Source: Selaginella moellendorffii (Eukaryota > Plantae > Lycopodiophyta). Taken from it: DNA of 64,000 bases. How positions within the stretch are numbered: position 1 is the stretch's first letter; every line of letters starts with the position of its first letter. The stretch covers positions 96,935 through 160,934 of the forward strand of contig NW_003314371.1 of assembly GCF_000143415.4 (NCBI RefSeq), given 5' to 3'. The position numbers were made by a program, and so were the translations under genes. The notes below the pieces were generated by a model. It was not told the origin of the DNA. It was given only the letters and a program-made list of their open reading frames with translations, and searched no databases. Shown here piece by piece: positions 13,537 to 27,057 of this stretch.

Positions 13537-14136
13537 TGTGAGACACAAATCCCTAAGCCCTAAGTGGAGCCAAAAGGGTGCCACATGGTAGTGGTTGAAC
13601 TAAAAGCCAAATAAGAATAACACATTTAGATTAAAAGTTTCAACTCAAAAATTTGAGAGTAGGAGTGGAACTCCTAACAAAGTGTTCGAGGAACGAGCAC
13701 AAAATAATCAATAAGCGAACCTCTAGAAAAGGGACACAAGAGGACTAACACATAATATGTGAAAAGGTTGAGAGTGAGTCCAAGATGGACCTAAGATAGA
13801 CCTACGATAGAGTCTGAAAAGAAGTTTGAGAAGGAATTCAAGATGGAGTCTGAGTTAGAGTTAGAGGTGGATTTGAGATTTCCATCTTAAACTCCTTCTA
13901 AGATTCTATCTTAGATCCATCTCAAACTCCTTGGACTCAATCCTAGCACTTTCATATATCATAACACTTGTTATGTGTTAGTCCTTTTTATGTCCCTTTC
14001 TAGGGACGCATTCATCGATTTTTTGAGTTGGAGCTTTTGGTCTAAATGTGTTACACTTGTTAAACTCCCGCTTTGAACACTGTTATATACCACATTTTTC
14101 GGCTCCAATTTAGGGCTTAGGGATTTGTGTCTTGTA
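13537..14136. repeat. Two family-B LTR 5' halves in inverted (fold-back) arrangement
   Basis: TGTGAGACACAAATCCCTAAGCCC at 13537; its degenerate reverse complement ends at 14136; the junction lies in the GAGATGGAGTCC-type array at about 13880. Confidence 0.7.
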
Positions 14137-14296
14137 GAGAAGGAACAAGAGCATGGACTTTTGAGCATACAACCCAAGGAGCGGAGAGATAGGAACATGG
14201 AGTGACTTTTGAGTGTACAACCCAAGGATTGACAAGGAAATGCCTAATAGAGTTAGCCACTATTGCTACTTTAGATGTCACCCAGTTTACAAAAGA

Positions 14297-16724
14297 CATA
14301 GTTACAAACACAGCTAGGATCCCAACTATATTCACCGTGTTTCATGAACATGGCCATGAGTCGTGTTCCCACAGCCATGTTCATGAACAGTATATACTGT
14401 TACAAACATGGGCTATGATCCCTGCCGTGTTGCCAGGATCATGGCCCGTGTTTGTAATACCAACTTAGGGTGCATGCAACAATCTCAACTCCATCTCCTC
14501 CAAGCTCTTGATCTTGCTCACCGCCACTGCTAATTCTAGCAACGCCACAGCCGCCTCCGCTGCTCCATTTGCTGCGGATTGGAGAGGTGCTTCATTTGCC
14601 CTGCTGCTGCCAAGGATGGTGTAGCAATCCAGCATCCTTCTTTGTAGCGGTGGGACGAGGTAAATGTGCTTGAGAGTAGGGGGCATGGCCACAAATTGTG
14701 GTCATGCAAATATTGCATAATGGGGAACAAGCTCAGTGGCGTTGATTGTGTACAAGCTCATCTGTTGGGATAAAGCCCATGCAGCAGGGATATTGTGAGT
14801 TGCCCCCTTATCCCAAGTAACAAAAAGGTAGAGCTGGTTAACATGCAAAAGGTTATTGACTCTAAGAAAGGCATAAGGGGGAAGAAATGGCCAAATGTAG
14901 AACTTTCAGTGCCAATAGTATCATCTCAGGCAAGTGGAAGTGGCTGCCTTTCCTTGTTGTTTATAAGAAGAGCCAAGTCTATATTGTAGATTCGATGGAT
15001 CCAAAGTAGAAGAGTCGAGTTGATGCAGCAATTGGAAGGTTTTTCTAGAATGAACACATTCCATTTATGAAGGTTTGGTCCCTTTACTTCCTCAACATGA
15101 TTTTGGAAGTTGCTAGACATGGTGTGCCTTATACACCACCAAAATATGATGATCTTTGGGAGAAGCTTTTGTTGAAAGAGAAAGGATTCATTGATGTTGA
15201 GATGGCATCCATAAGTAGTGGGAGCAAAGGGTGTAACTATATGTGCAAATAGGAGGAATCAGCATATTATGGGGCTTGTGGCATATAATCAAGGATGGGT
15301 AGCTTTTCTGAAGGCTATTAATATTTTTCCAATAGGAAAAACAATTGAGAATACTTTGCATTGTTGGGAAGAGGGCATTAGTATTGTGGGTGTAGAGAAT
15401 GTTGTTATGGTTGTAATGGATAGGGAAAATATGAATAGAGTAACAGCAATTTTGAAACAGAGGTATTAGAAGATTCAATGGGCAGCATATTTTGCCCATT
15501 GCTTGAATAATGCCTTGAAAGACTTTGGTGAACTTCCATGGATGGTAATGCCCCTAGAGCAAAGAAAGGCTTTAGTGAGCTTTATCAAGAACCACTCTCA
15601 TATAGTGGAGCTGTTGGCAAAGTTTACTCATAAGTGAATGCTATGCTATTGTGATACTAGGTTTTGCTACAACTTCATCATGATGGAGAGGCTGATGGAG
15701 CTTTAGAAAGCTTTACAACAGATATTCGTATGCCTTGCATACAGAGCAAAGCCTAAGTTGAAGACAAGAGCAAGTAGAGACAGTTATGAAACCGTTTTTG
15801 ATGACCATTTTTGGGAATAGGTTAAAGACATGTTAGAGGTGTCTGAGGATGTTATGCTACTACTTTGTCTTGTGGACAGTGATATACCTATGATTGGAAA
15901 AATATATGAATGTATGAACAAGTTGGATGCAAGTTTAGATGAAGGACAGTCAGATTATAGCAGGTACATGGAATTTCATTAGATCATGTCTAACCGGTGG
16001 CATGAGTATCACTCGCTCATGCACTTGGTGGCATATATGCTAGACCCCGAGTTTCAAGAGCATGAAAAACATGCCAACAAAGAAGTCATGAAGGATTGGA
16101 ATGCTTATCTGTTGGCCATATTTACATCTAGTGAGAGGGATATGGTATGGGATGAGCTTTTAATTTATAGAGGATATGAGGCATTTTCAACTGGATTTAT
16201 GCTAAGGCTGATCACACTAATAAGGGAGTTGTACATTGGTGGGAGGACTATGATTATGAAATTTTAGCTTTTCAGTAGTTGGCCATTCAAGTTCTAAGTC
16301 AGGCATGCTCGTTATCCTCAACGGAGAGATTGTTTAACACTTTCAAGCATGTATCTTCAAAGAAGAGGAACAGATTTATTATTGATAGGACAGTAGGTTT
16401 AGTTTTTGTGGCTTGCAATAATAGGTTGTTAACCTGCAAAAATGACCATGACTACGACAGGTTTGTGTGTTATAAAGTACTAGAGACAGTTCCTCACTTG
16501 GAAGATAAACTTGAGTTAGGAGAGGAAGAGGAAGATGGAGACGATATCAAAAATTGTGAGGTTGAAGATAATGATGATTTGAAGAATGTTTGAGTAGTTT
16601 ATATATAATAAAAAGTAACATATTCCTAGAATTTTAAAAAGAATATTTGTAAGCCATTTTGAGCCGTGATGTTCTGTGGTTGCATTCCTAAAATCCAAGG
16701 CTTATGTTTGTGTTCGTAACTATG
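14297..16724 (+). mobile_element. hAT DNA transposon with decayed transposase
   Basis: TIRs CATAGTTACAAACAC / GTGTTCGTAACTATG; 8-bp TSD ACAAAAGA / AAAAAAGA (7/8 match). BED finger (WSCKYC...HL), AHCLN and hAT dimerisation motif SQACSLSSTERLFNTFKHVSSKKRNR; many stops. Confidence 0.88.
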
Positions 16725-16959
16725 AAAAAAGATGATATGCCCTTACCTATAGCTAACTGACTTTAGCACTTTGTGTGCATAGTGAAATCTCTAATAATGG
16801 GGTAGCTACTATTGCCTGGTTACATAACCCACCTCTTTCTCAATATTCCTTATTCCATTGAAAGGGTGTGACTGTGTAAACAACTTTAACTACCTATTTA
16901 TAATAGTCTATTTAAACCTTACCAACAGGTTTAGTTTGTTTGCTCATGAGAGTTGGGGC

Positions 16960-19900
16960 CTTAGAGGCCAAGATGGAGTTTGAGAAAGAGTCTGGGATGG
17001 ACCCAAGATAGAGCCCGAGAAGGAGTTCGAGAAGGAGTCCGTGATGGAGTCTAAGATGGAAAATGAGACCAGATCCAAAATTGAGGTCGAGGCTAAGACC
17101 GAGACCGAGACCAACATCAAGACTGAGTTTGAGACCAAGTCTGAGTCCAAGTCCAAGTTTAAATTTGAGTCCGAGTCCGAGGGTGAAGCCCAAAGCGATC
17201 GTCTCTCAAACCCTAGGGGGTTTGGTGAGCTCCAAAGGGATAATAGGGGGAGGACTCTAGTGGAACCAGTTTGGCCAAGAAAAGCTAGTGTGACTAAGGA
17301 AGGTTATACCCATGTGGTGGGTGATGATATAACTATTGAGAAGTCCAATGCTAGAGTGAACACTGACGAACAAGTGGGGTGATTTGGTTAAATGTTCAAG
17401 AGTTGGCTCTAGCTCCCCCAAGAGATTGAATTGCCGATGCTCTTAATCCAAGTGTGGGTGGCATTACCTACTTGGATATTTGGCGTGGATCATCAGAACC
17501 TCACTTTAGCCACATGGTTAAGGCACCCAAAGGCAAAAGGTGGGGAAAGTACTTATGAAGCTTGTATATGTTTAAATATTGTCCCAAAATCCCAAACTAT
17601 GGAAAGGAAGAGGAATGGTCCTCTTGCATAGTGACCAAAAACATGGTCACATGGTGAGGAAGTCCCAAAGATAAATGGGACATAGTGGTTGGGCCTTTGG
17701 CCCCTAACTCAGTGGCAGTGTTGGCGAGCACTGCCGTGGACGGAGTGGGATTTGGTGGGGACCAACGGAGGGATATTGGGGAAGGATGTTCGACATCCTA
17801 AGGGTACTAAAGTGTGGTTAAAGGATGACTATTCATGGACAGATGGCCCAATCTTTGGGAGATGGGTTTATAGTATGGGTGGTCTTGGACTACCATTAAG
17901 ACAAAGGTGAATAGACATAGTTTTAGTATAACAAATTGATATATTAATAGTATCTTTGGGTGTTTGTAGTGGGATTAAACATGTGGAATAGTTGGGCCAA
18001 ATGCAAAGACTGAGTGGCATAGATGCCATTCACGGGGCTAGCATGCCTCTAAGATTGGAATAAGACTTATGGGGTTGTGAGTGAGACACCTCCACATGGT
18101 CAAAGATGTGGTTAAATGGCTAAAGTAGAATAGAAAATTTAATCGCTTACAATTTGGTATCAGGGTTGTTCCTTAATTTGACTCTTATTAGTGGTCAAGT
18201 ATATCACTATTTGTATTAGCATAGAAAGGTCCTAGAAGTGGGCTTATCCTCAAGGAGTAGTGTGTCAAATGAACATGGCTCTCCACTTTAGTTAATACAT
18301 GAATATGTAGGCAATGTGATGGATGGAAATGGGCCAATAAGAGAATGACTTTTGGATCTTGGGAATAGTAGAAGTTTTTTCTCAAATAGTTGAGGATGTG
18401 ATCTATATAAACATTTAATTTAGTAAACTGGCTAATGTGGTTGCAGTAAATAACTACAGTTGGGATCATAAAAATTATAGAAACTCCTGGATGATAAAGA
18501 AATTGTAAGATTATCCTCATATAATTGAGGATGGTGCCCAAGAATTTGAGACTGGAGTTGGTGATTGGAGGAGGGTCAAATACAGACAAAGACGAATATC
18601 CTTGAAATGGTAATTAAGGCTACCTCTAAAACATGCTAAAACAACCTAAGAAGTTAGGGGTGTACACAAAGGATGAATTAGTATTCTCATTATATAAAAT
18701 GATAGTTCTAAAAAGCAAAAAAACCCACATAGAATAAAGGATAATCAAGTGTTGGAGTAACACTTGTAAAGACAGTCCTTATGAATAAAACATGAATACA
18801 AAAAGTTGTATTCAAGTGTAGTGGCACTTCAAAAGTAGCTATAAGGCTAGGACTTTACAGGACGTCAAATTTATAAAGTCCAAAAGTTAAATGATTCAGT
18901 AAAGTTAAGGGATGGTCCTAAAAGCTTAAAGGAATTTGTAAGCAACCAAAGAGAATGATTTGAGAGACGATCCATAAAGGTTCAAATATAGAGGGAAAGG
19001 GCCTATGAATAAAAGTGCACCTCTTTTTCCAATTGGTTAAGGGTCTTAGGATATTTAGGGTTAATCGTCCTTGGGTTTGAATAGTACTGAGTTTGGGTGA
19101 CTTCTCGGGAAGTCCAAATTCAGGAGCTTATATTTGGTATCAAAGAAGTTTTGGGTCTGAAGGCGTGAACTTGCAAGGAAATGTGATGGATTGTAAGTAA
19201 CCAAAGAGAACAATTTGAAAGACGATCCATAAGGGTTCAAATATAAAAAGAAAGGGCTTATGAATAAGAGTGCACCCCCTTTTCCAATTAGTTAAGGGTT
19301 TTAGGATACTTGGGGTTAAGTGTCCTTGGGTTTGAATAGTACTGGACTGGGTGACCTCCCGGGAAGTCCAAATTCAAGAGTTTACAAAATCCCATTTGGA
19401 TGGAGGTGTGTTGTACATAATGAAAGGATAGAAGGATCATGAGTTCCAAATATGAGAACAGTGAATATCTCATTGATGCCAGAAAGTACAATACTAAGGT
19501 GTTAACAGAAGAAAGCAACTTTAGCAAAGAGTTGTGTGGACACTATGGAGTAATGTTAACCAATAGTTCGCATAAGAAATGACTGTTTTGGTCTTGGCAA
19601 GACCTAAAAGCAAGTGGAAAGTGTCGTGAAAGTAGGCTCGTGGAGCTAATAGGGTGAAGACTTTAAATGTCTCAAGGGATGATACTTTGAGGTCAAATTA
19701 ATAGGTTCATGAAAACCCCTTCTCAAAAGATGTTGGTATATTCTAGATATGATTAGATTCATGTGCTTATATTGAATATTAATAGAAGTGTGGAAATATT
19801 GGCAATAAGTTGTAGGATATAATAGCTATGAAGCAACTAAGCAAAGGTTGGTAATAATTTGTTGGAATAGTGAGAGCTAACTTCTTGAGACTTTTTGGTT

Positions 19901-20260
19901 GGATAAGAAGGAGGTTAAATACATCCCTTATGGGATGATGTGCTAGTGAGTCAATCTTAATAGAAAATGCTCATTGCCAAGGAGGTCCATTATAAAAACA
20001 TATAAGCACCTTAAAAACACCAAAGAGGTGGTGTTTAGGTATTATAGGGCATTAGATAGACTCATGATACACAATTAAATTGTTTAGTGTGAAAGGTTGG
20101 CATATTTAACTTAAACACCTTGATACAAGGGGCACCAAAGAGGTGGTAAATGAGATAAGGACATTTAATCTCGGTTGCTATAAACCCTTGGCTAGAAGGG
20201 CTAGCTTGGGTGGACCATTAAGTGTGGGGGATGCCCCTAGGGTCATGGTTAACAACTTAA
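16960..20260 (+). mobile_element. Old truncated family-B (LARD-like) copy: LTR to 18151, PBS, non-coding internal region
   Basis: LTR ends CGCTTACA and is followed by ATTTGGTATCAG; the internal sequence is homologous to 27060-29940; interrupted by a Cassandra element. Confidence 0.8.
18937..19386 (+). mobile_element. Cassandra TRIM: LTR 18937-19132, 59-bp internal region (PBS + PPT), LTR 19192-19386
   Basis: LTRs contain GTTAAGTGTCCTTGGGTTTGAATAGTACTGGACTGGGTGACCTCCCGGGAAGTCC, similar to the plant 5S rRNA internal control region (GTTAAGCGTGCTTGGGCGAGAGTAGTACTAGGATGGGTGACCTCCTGGGAAGTCC). PBS TGGTATCA; degenerate TSD GAATT/AAATC. Confidence 0.92.
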
Positions 20261-20289
20261 AGGTATGGGAGACTTAGTATTTATTACTA

Positions 20290-21085
20290 TAATTATTATT
20301 AGTATTTATTTATTTATTATGTAGATCTGTTAATTTGTTAATATGAGATCACTATATGATTTTATGGTTTATGGTGCTGGGCAAAGTCACATCACATTGA
20401 GGTCAGAAGGGTGTCTTAATTGTTCTTCCAATTGCAAAAACACTACTCAAAGGATTGGGATGTTAAGTTTCTGATTGTGAGAGCCGCTAAAAAAGCAGCT
20501 AAGAAGGGATGTTAGACATTTTGGGTTCAAATGATGGAAGCTAAGGGTGATGGTGACCTAGTTCAAATTGATGATGGGGTTGATCTTGTATCAAAGGAAG
20601 TATTAGAGTTGTTGGCGAGGAATCAAGATATCTTTCCGAAAGATTTACCATAGAGCTAACTCATAGTCATAAGGTTGATCATCGGATTGAGATTGTTCCA
20701 GGTTCTAAACCATCTACAAAGGCTTTATATTGTTTGAACATAAAAAAAATGGCTGAACTCAAGAAACAACTCATAGAAATTCTTAATAAAAGTCATATCC
20801 AACCACCTTATGGAGCATTAGTCCTTTTTGTTATGAAAAAGGATGGTACTATGAGGATGTGTATTAAATATCAAACTCTCAACAAAACCACAGTTAGAAA
20901 TAGTTATCCTTTGCCTCGCATTGAAGGCTAAGTATTTTATGCAACTTGCTTTATAGTTTGGGTATCATTAGATATGAGTGGTAGATCAAGATGTGGAATG
21001 GACTGTCTTTAAACCTTAGTATGGATCTTATAAATTCTTTGTTATGCTATATGGGTTATGTAATGCTCTAGCAACATTCATGGCT
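20290..21085 (+). pseudogene. Gypsy protease/RT fragment
   Basis: [57 protein letters not shown]. Confidence 0.85.
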
Positions 21086-24000
21086 TAACTTTAAAACCAT
21101 CCCATGGATCCCTTATAGAGACTGTTTTCCTCGGACTTACTATGCCATTGCATTGGCATATTTCCTTTCCCTTAAGTGTTCTTCCCACTTGGTCACCTTG
21201 ACTAAGCCACACCATCATCAATAGTTCTAATCAACACTTTGAACTTGGAACTTTATCCCTTAACCTCACAAAAACTTTGTCCTTGTTTTAGCCATAAGAT
21301 CACCTAGTGATCTAACCTTTGGCACCCTAAACCTTTGGCACCTTAACAGGTTTGCCAATAAATACTAGGTCTTCTAGACTTTTAAGTTGTTGACCATAAC
21401 CCCGGGGGCATCCGGCGGTAAACTAACCCTTCCGACTAAGGGTCCATAGCAACTGAGACTAGGTGTCCCCATCTCATTCACCACATCCTTGGTGCCAGTT
21501 GCACCAAAGTGTTCAAGCTAGATATGCTGAGCCACACTAAGCAATCTAACTATGCATCACGACTCCGGAGCATCCCCCACTTGGCAGTGTACCCAAGCTA
21601 GTCTCCTTACGAAGAGTTCATGACCACTGAAAAATGAGTGTCCTCATATTCCAAACTATCACCTCGCCCTAGTGAGTTGGGACTTGAACCCAAACACTAG
21701 AGGGTCAAGACTCGAACCCAACCTCCATATATGCATCTACGGATGGCATCACACAAGATGCCTGACATGACTCCCCATGCTAGTGCACCAATTTATACTT
21801 AAAGTGCGCCTACAAATCACAACTTAGGAACCTAGTTCCTCTGCACTGCTAAGTCTTCTCATTTGACAACTTTGTGATCATGCATGGACTCCTCCATGCT
21901 TGGCCCCATGGGTCACCCTTTGAAGTTGGCTCCAACTAGAATATTTATTCCCCCAACTTGTCAATCTCACTTAACAAATCATCCAACCACCGTAACATGG
22001 TTCATGCATAAGCATGAAAGTTCTTAACCATCGACTTTCGTTCAAAACCCTCTCTTTGAACACTCGGGAACTACTTCCCTAACCTTGATAGCCTTGCCTC
22101 TTGGCTAGCTTCAAGACTATGCTTCTGTTGCACCACTCTGATTTCGCGTGCTTTATAAACCATTTACACTTGGATTTCTATGCACTTATTTACCTAGGGG
22201 AACCTTCAAGGAACACTATTCCTTAGTTTGCTAAAGCCTCCCTTTTCGCAAGTTTTCCAATTTCTATATGGTCTAAAATGGACAATCCCATGTTTTAGAC
22301 TCTCCATGGCATCCCGGTCACTAGTAACAACATACTCGAGCACCCACTTGATTCTCCACTCCCAACTTGCATAACCACCCTTGGTTATGCTTGTCAATTC
22401 CTATGGTTCGGTTCTATCCCCTTAGTATTTGCTTTTGGCCTCACACATTTCCTTCGATTATTTTCCTTTAGGCTAGGAGGATAGCTTTACGCTTTCTACC
22501 ATGCCTTAGCAAGTATTCATAGGGATGAACCTACTCAATAGCCTAGGGAGTGGTTCCTCAATCCGTGTATGCTCACCTTATAATCCCACACACCGGGATT
22601 AATATTGCTATTTATAGGCCTCTATATGCCCATCATTAACCTTGCCAAAATCCCATTTTGGGCTTTGTTCAAATCGGGTAGACGGGCTTCTCCCATCTCC
22701 ACAACCTTGGTCATTTGGATAACACCTCCTATCCATCATTCACTAGGGAATTAGTCCCATGGGCCTTATCTAATGCCCTTGCAACACTAAACACCACTTT
22801 CTAGTGTTTTAGAGTGTTTGGGTGTCCCACTAATGGCATTCTTTGACAATGAGCATTCCCTTTATGATATTGACTTATTATATTGCAACATAAATAATTG
22901 ATCCCCCATAAAGGTATATCTAACTTCCTTATCCCGATAAGAAGTCTTAAGTAGTTACCTTCTACCAGTTTAACCAATTATTTTGCACCTTTTGCTTAGT
23001 TGCCTCATAGTTGTCAAGTCCTACAACTTATTGTTGGTGCTTCTACACCTCCATCATTATTTGGGTCACCACACTCTAACCACATGCCTTTCAGCTTAGG
23101 ATATTCCATTCCCATTTCCATTGGGATTCCTTTGGAAGGGGTTCTTATGATCCCGCCAACTTGACCTCAAAGCAGCACACTTTGGCACATTTGGTGTTTC
23201 CACACCATTAGTTCCACGAGCTTACCTTTATAACACTTCTTACTTGTGTCTAGGTCTTTGCCAAGACCAATACAATTGTCTCTTATGCCAATTATTCATT
23301 AGCACTACACCATAGAGTTTACGCATAACTTTGTGTCAAAGTTATTTTCTTTCGGGAAATTCTTTCCCACGACTTTAGCATGGCACATTTTGCCACCAAT
23401 AAGATACCCTCTGTTCTCACACTTGGATCTTAAGATCCTCCCCATCCTTTGTGGGGCACAATACACCTCAGTCCAAATGCTTTTTTTTCCAATCCCTTAG
23501 GACCATTTCTTGACTCTACTTGAGTTAACCAGCATTTTTGGACTTTGCTAAACTAACGACCTGCAAGGTTCTATTTCGAGGTGCCAGCTCACTAAAATAC
23601 AACTTCATGCATTCATGTCCTACTCATAAGGACCATCTTTGCAAGTGTACTCCAACACTTGAGTATTTTCTGTTCCTGTGGGCTACTGTTGCCCCTTAGG
23701 ACTATCAGTCCATATAATGAGAATACCAACTCATCCTCTGAGCACACCCCCAACACTTTGGGTTTGTTCCATCATTATATAAGGTAGTCCCGGCTACCAT
23801 TTTAAGGACTCATGTCCTCATCCATATTTGACCTTTATTTGACCTTGTCATTAATTCTGGTCTCAAATTCATGAGCACCAACCTCAACTATATGAGGATA
23901 ATCTTGTGACTCTTTTATTGTTTTGGAGTCTTTATCTTTCCCGTGATCCCAACTATAGTTTTACCACAACTACCTTAACCAGTTTGTTGAGTTAAACGCT

Positions 24001-25034
24001 CATCTGGATCACATCCTCAACTCTTTGAGGAAATCCTTATATTGTTCCCAAGATCCCGAAGTTGTTCCCTTACAAGCCTTTTTCGATCCACCACATTGCA
24101 CACAAGTTTACGCATGAACTTGAGTGAAGAGCTATGTCCTCTCGACATGTTACTCCTTGAGGGTAGGTCCATACCTAGGACCTTCCACTTCCAATACAAG
24201 TGGTGATATACTTGGCCACCAATATAAGTTGGGCTAAGGAACAACTCCGATACTAAATTGTAAGCAACTAATTTTTCCATTATGCTTTAGTCACTTAACC
24301 GCACCTCCAACCACTTGGAGGAGTCTCATTCACAACCTCCATAAGTCCCATTCAGGATTTGGGGCTTGCTAGCCCCGAGAATGGCATCCATGCCACTCAA
24401 CCTTTGCACTTGGTCCAAGTGCTCCACGTGTCCGATCCCATGACCGACACCCCAAGGTACCACCAACATATCAGCCCATTACGCTAGGCCATGCCCATTC
24501 ACCTTGGTCACATCGGTGGTCCAACACCATCTATATTGCAATCCCGTCTCTCAAAGATTGGGCCATCCGTCTATGAGTGGTCATCCCAGATCCAGTCCTT
24601 AGGATCCTTAGGATGCCCGTAGATATGGGGAATAGCCTTCCCTAATATCCTTTTCCAGTCCCCATCAAGTCCCTTTTTGTCCAAGGCCGTGTTTGCCAAC
24701 ACTACCATTGGATCAAAGCCCACATGCTTGACCATTAAGTCCCACTATCCTCTGGGACTTCCTCACCGTGTGACTGCATCCTTGGTCACCACACAAGAGG
24801 AGGATGTGAGACACAAAATCCCTAGGCCCCAAAATGGAGCCGGAAGGGCGCCACGTGGTAGTGGCCGAAGCGAGAGCCAAACGAGCGTAACACGTTTGGA
24901 CCAAAAGCTCTGACTTGAAAAGTCAAGAGCGGGAGTGGAACTCCCAACGAAGTGCTCAAGGAATGAGTACGAAGCGAGCCATAGGCGAGGCTCCAAAAAG
25001 GGACCCAAAAGGACCAACACATGACACGTGGAAG

Positions 25035-25330
25035 TGTCCGAGGTGGACCCGAGATGGAGTCCGAGGTGGACCTGAGATGGAGTCCGAGATGGACCCGAGA
25101 TGGAGTCCGAGATGGACCCGAGATGGAGTCCGAGATGCACCCGAGATGGAGTCCGAAGTCGAGACCGAGACCAAGACCGAGACCGGGACCGGGACCGAGA
25201 CCGAGATCGGGACCGAGACCGAGACCGAGGCCGAGGCCGAGACCGAGCCTGAGCCCGAGCTCGAGTCCGAGTCCGAGTCCGAGTCCGAGTCCGAGTCCGA
25301 GTCCGAGTCCGAGTCCGAGTCCGAGTCTGA
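25035..25330 (+). repeat. LTR-internal tandem array (12-bp CCGAGATGGASY then 6-bp GAGTCC/GAGACC)
   Basis: Directly visible; source of the low-complexity SD/RT/LG ORFs in the track. Confidence 0.95.
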
Positions 25331-26359
25331 GAGGGTGAAAGCCCAAAGCGTTCGTCTCCCAGACCCTGGGGGGTTTGGTGAGCTCCAAAAGTATAGTAGG
25401 GGGAGGACTGCAGTGGAGCCAGTTTGGCCAGGAAAGGCCAGTTTGGCCCAGGAAGGCCGGACCCAGTGTTGGGTGATGAGCTGCCCACTGGGAAGTCCAA
25501 GACTAGAGTGAACACAAGCCAACAAGCGGGGTAGCTTGGTGAAGTGTTCAAGAGCCGGCTCTAGTTCCCCCGGGAGATCGACTGGCCGATGCTCCCAGTC
25601 CAAGTGTGGGTGGCACTACCTACTTGGATACCTGGTGTGGCTCAACGGAACCCCGCTCTAAGCCCATGGCTAGAGCACCCAAGGGCAGAAGGCGAGGAGA
25701 GTACCCAGGTGGCTTGCATAAGGCCACGGTGTTCCGAAATGTTGTCCCAAAGGCCCAGACTGTGGAAAGGAAGAGGAGCAGTCCTCTGGGGTAGTGACCA
25801 AGGACACAGTCGTGTGGTGAGGAAGTCCCAGAGGACCGTGGGACTTAGTGGTCGGGCCTGTGGGTCTCGATCCAGTGGCAGTGTTGGCAAACACGGCCAA
25901 GGGCAGAAAGGGACTTAGTGGGGACTGACAGAGGGATATTGGGGAAGGCTATTCCCCTTGTCGGTGGGCATCCTAAGGATGCTAAGGAGTGGGTCTGAGA
26001 TGACCACTCACGGATGGTTTGCCTAGTCTTGGAGAGCCAAGACTGTGATGCAAGTGGTATTGGACTACCAGTGTGGCAAAGGTGATTGAGCATGGCCTTA
26101 GCGTAACAAGCTGCCATGTCGGTGGTACCTTTGAGTGTCGGTCATTTGATCGGACACGTGGAACACTTGGACCAAGTGCAAATGTTGAGTGGCATGGATG
26201 CCATTCTTGGGGCTAGCAAGTCCCAAGTCCTGAATTGCACTTATGGAGGTTGTGAATGAGACTCCTCCAAGTGGTCGGAGGTGTGGTTAAGTGACTAAAG
26301 TAGAATGGAAAATTTAGTCGCTTACAATTTGGTATCAGAGCTGTTCCCTAGTTCGACTT

Positions 26360-27057
26360 TGTAGCGCATGTGATCATGGGATGAGATTTGGATATACTGT
26401 CACTGTGGATCCTTGGAACCTTGGGGGATAAATGGGGATCAAATAGCCACTAAGGGCTCTCTCATCAAGCAATTGCCCCTTTTCCAGTTGGCTTAAGGGG
26501 AGAGAGATAAGGTGCGCTACAATTGGTATCGGAGCAAATGGCACGGGTTCGATTCCCATTGATTAGTGGCTACTTAAAAGTATAATATACCCTTGAGCAA
26601 GGTATATTCCTACCCCTAAATTTAAAATCGTACGTATTGGGCATCCATGCGTACGTCCTTCCTCTTGTGTGGTGTATCCACGGACGAAGGTATCCACCGT
26701 GGGACTGCGGTACGGGTGGATGACTAGTTGCCTCACGTGGAATAGCTAATCTACACAATGGAAGGATTGGTAGATTGAGTGCGGAAATGGAGGTGCTGGT
26801 TCCCCTTGGCTCAGTAGGGGTTGCTAATCAATAGTCAATGAGGACATTGACATCTCTGAAGGGGGGGTGAGTGTAGCGCATGTGATCATGGGATTTGTAG
26901 CGCACCTTATCTCTCTCCCCTTAAGCCAACTGGAAAAGGGGCAATTGCTTGATGAGAGAGCCCTTAGTGGCTATTTTATCCCCATTTATCCCCCAAGGTT
27001 CCAAGGATCCACGGTGACAGTATATCCAAATCTCATCCCATGATCACATGCGCTACA
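26360..27057 (+). mobile_element. TRIM with 162-bp LTR, PBS, PPT and an inverted 3' LTR
   Basis: LTR 26360-26521; PBS TGGTATCGGAGC; PPT GAAGGGGGGGTGAG; 23 bp of direct LTR at 26872-26894; full inverted LTR at 26896-27057; TSD GACTT on both sides. Confidence 0.9.

Noticed and set aside
19055-19370. 5S rRNA genes
   Set aside because: Only the internal promoter part matches, and it lies within paired LTRs (Cassandra).
25468-25500. 5S-like motif (TGGGTGA...GGGAAGTCC) in family-B LTRs
   Set aside because: The match is too short and the spacing is wrong; there is no A-box similarity.
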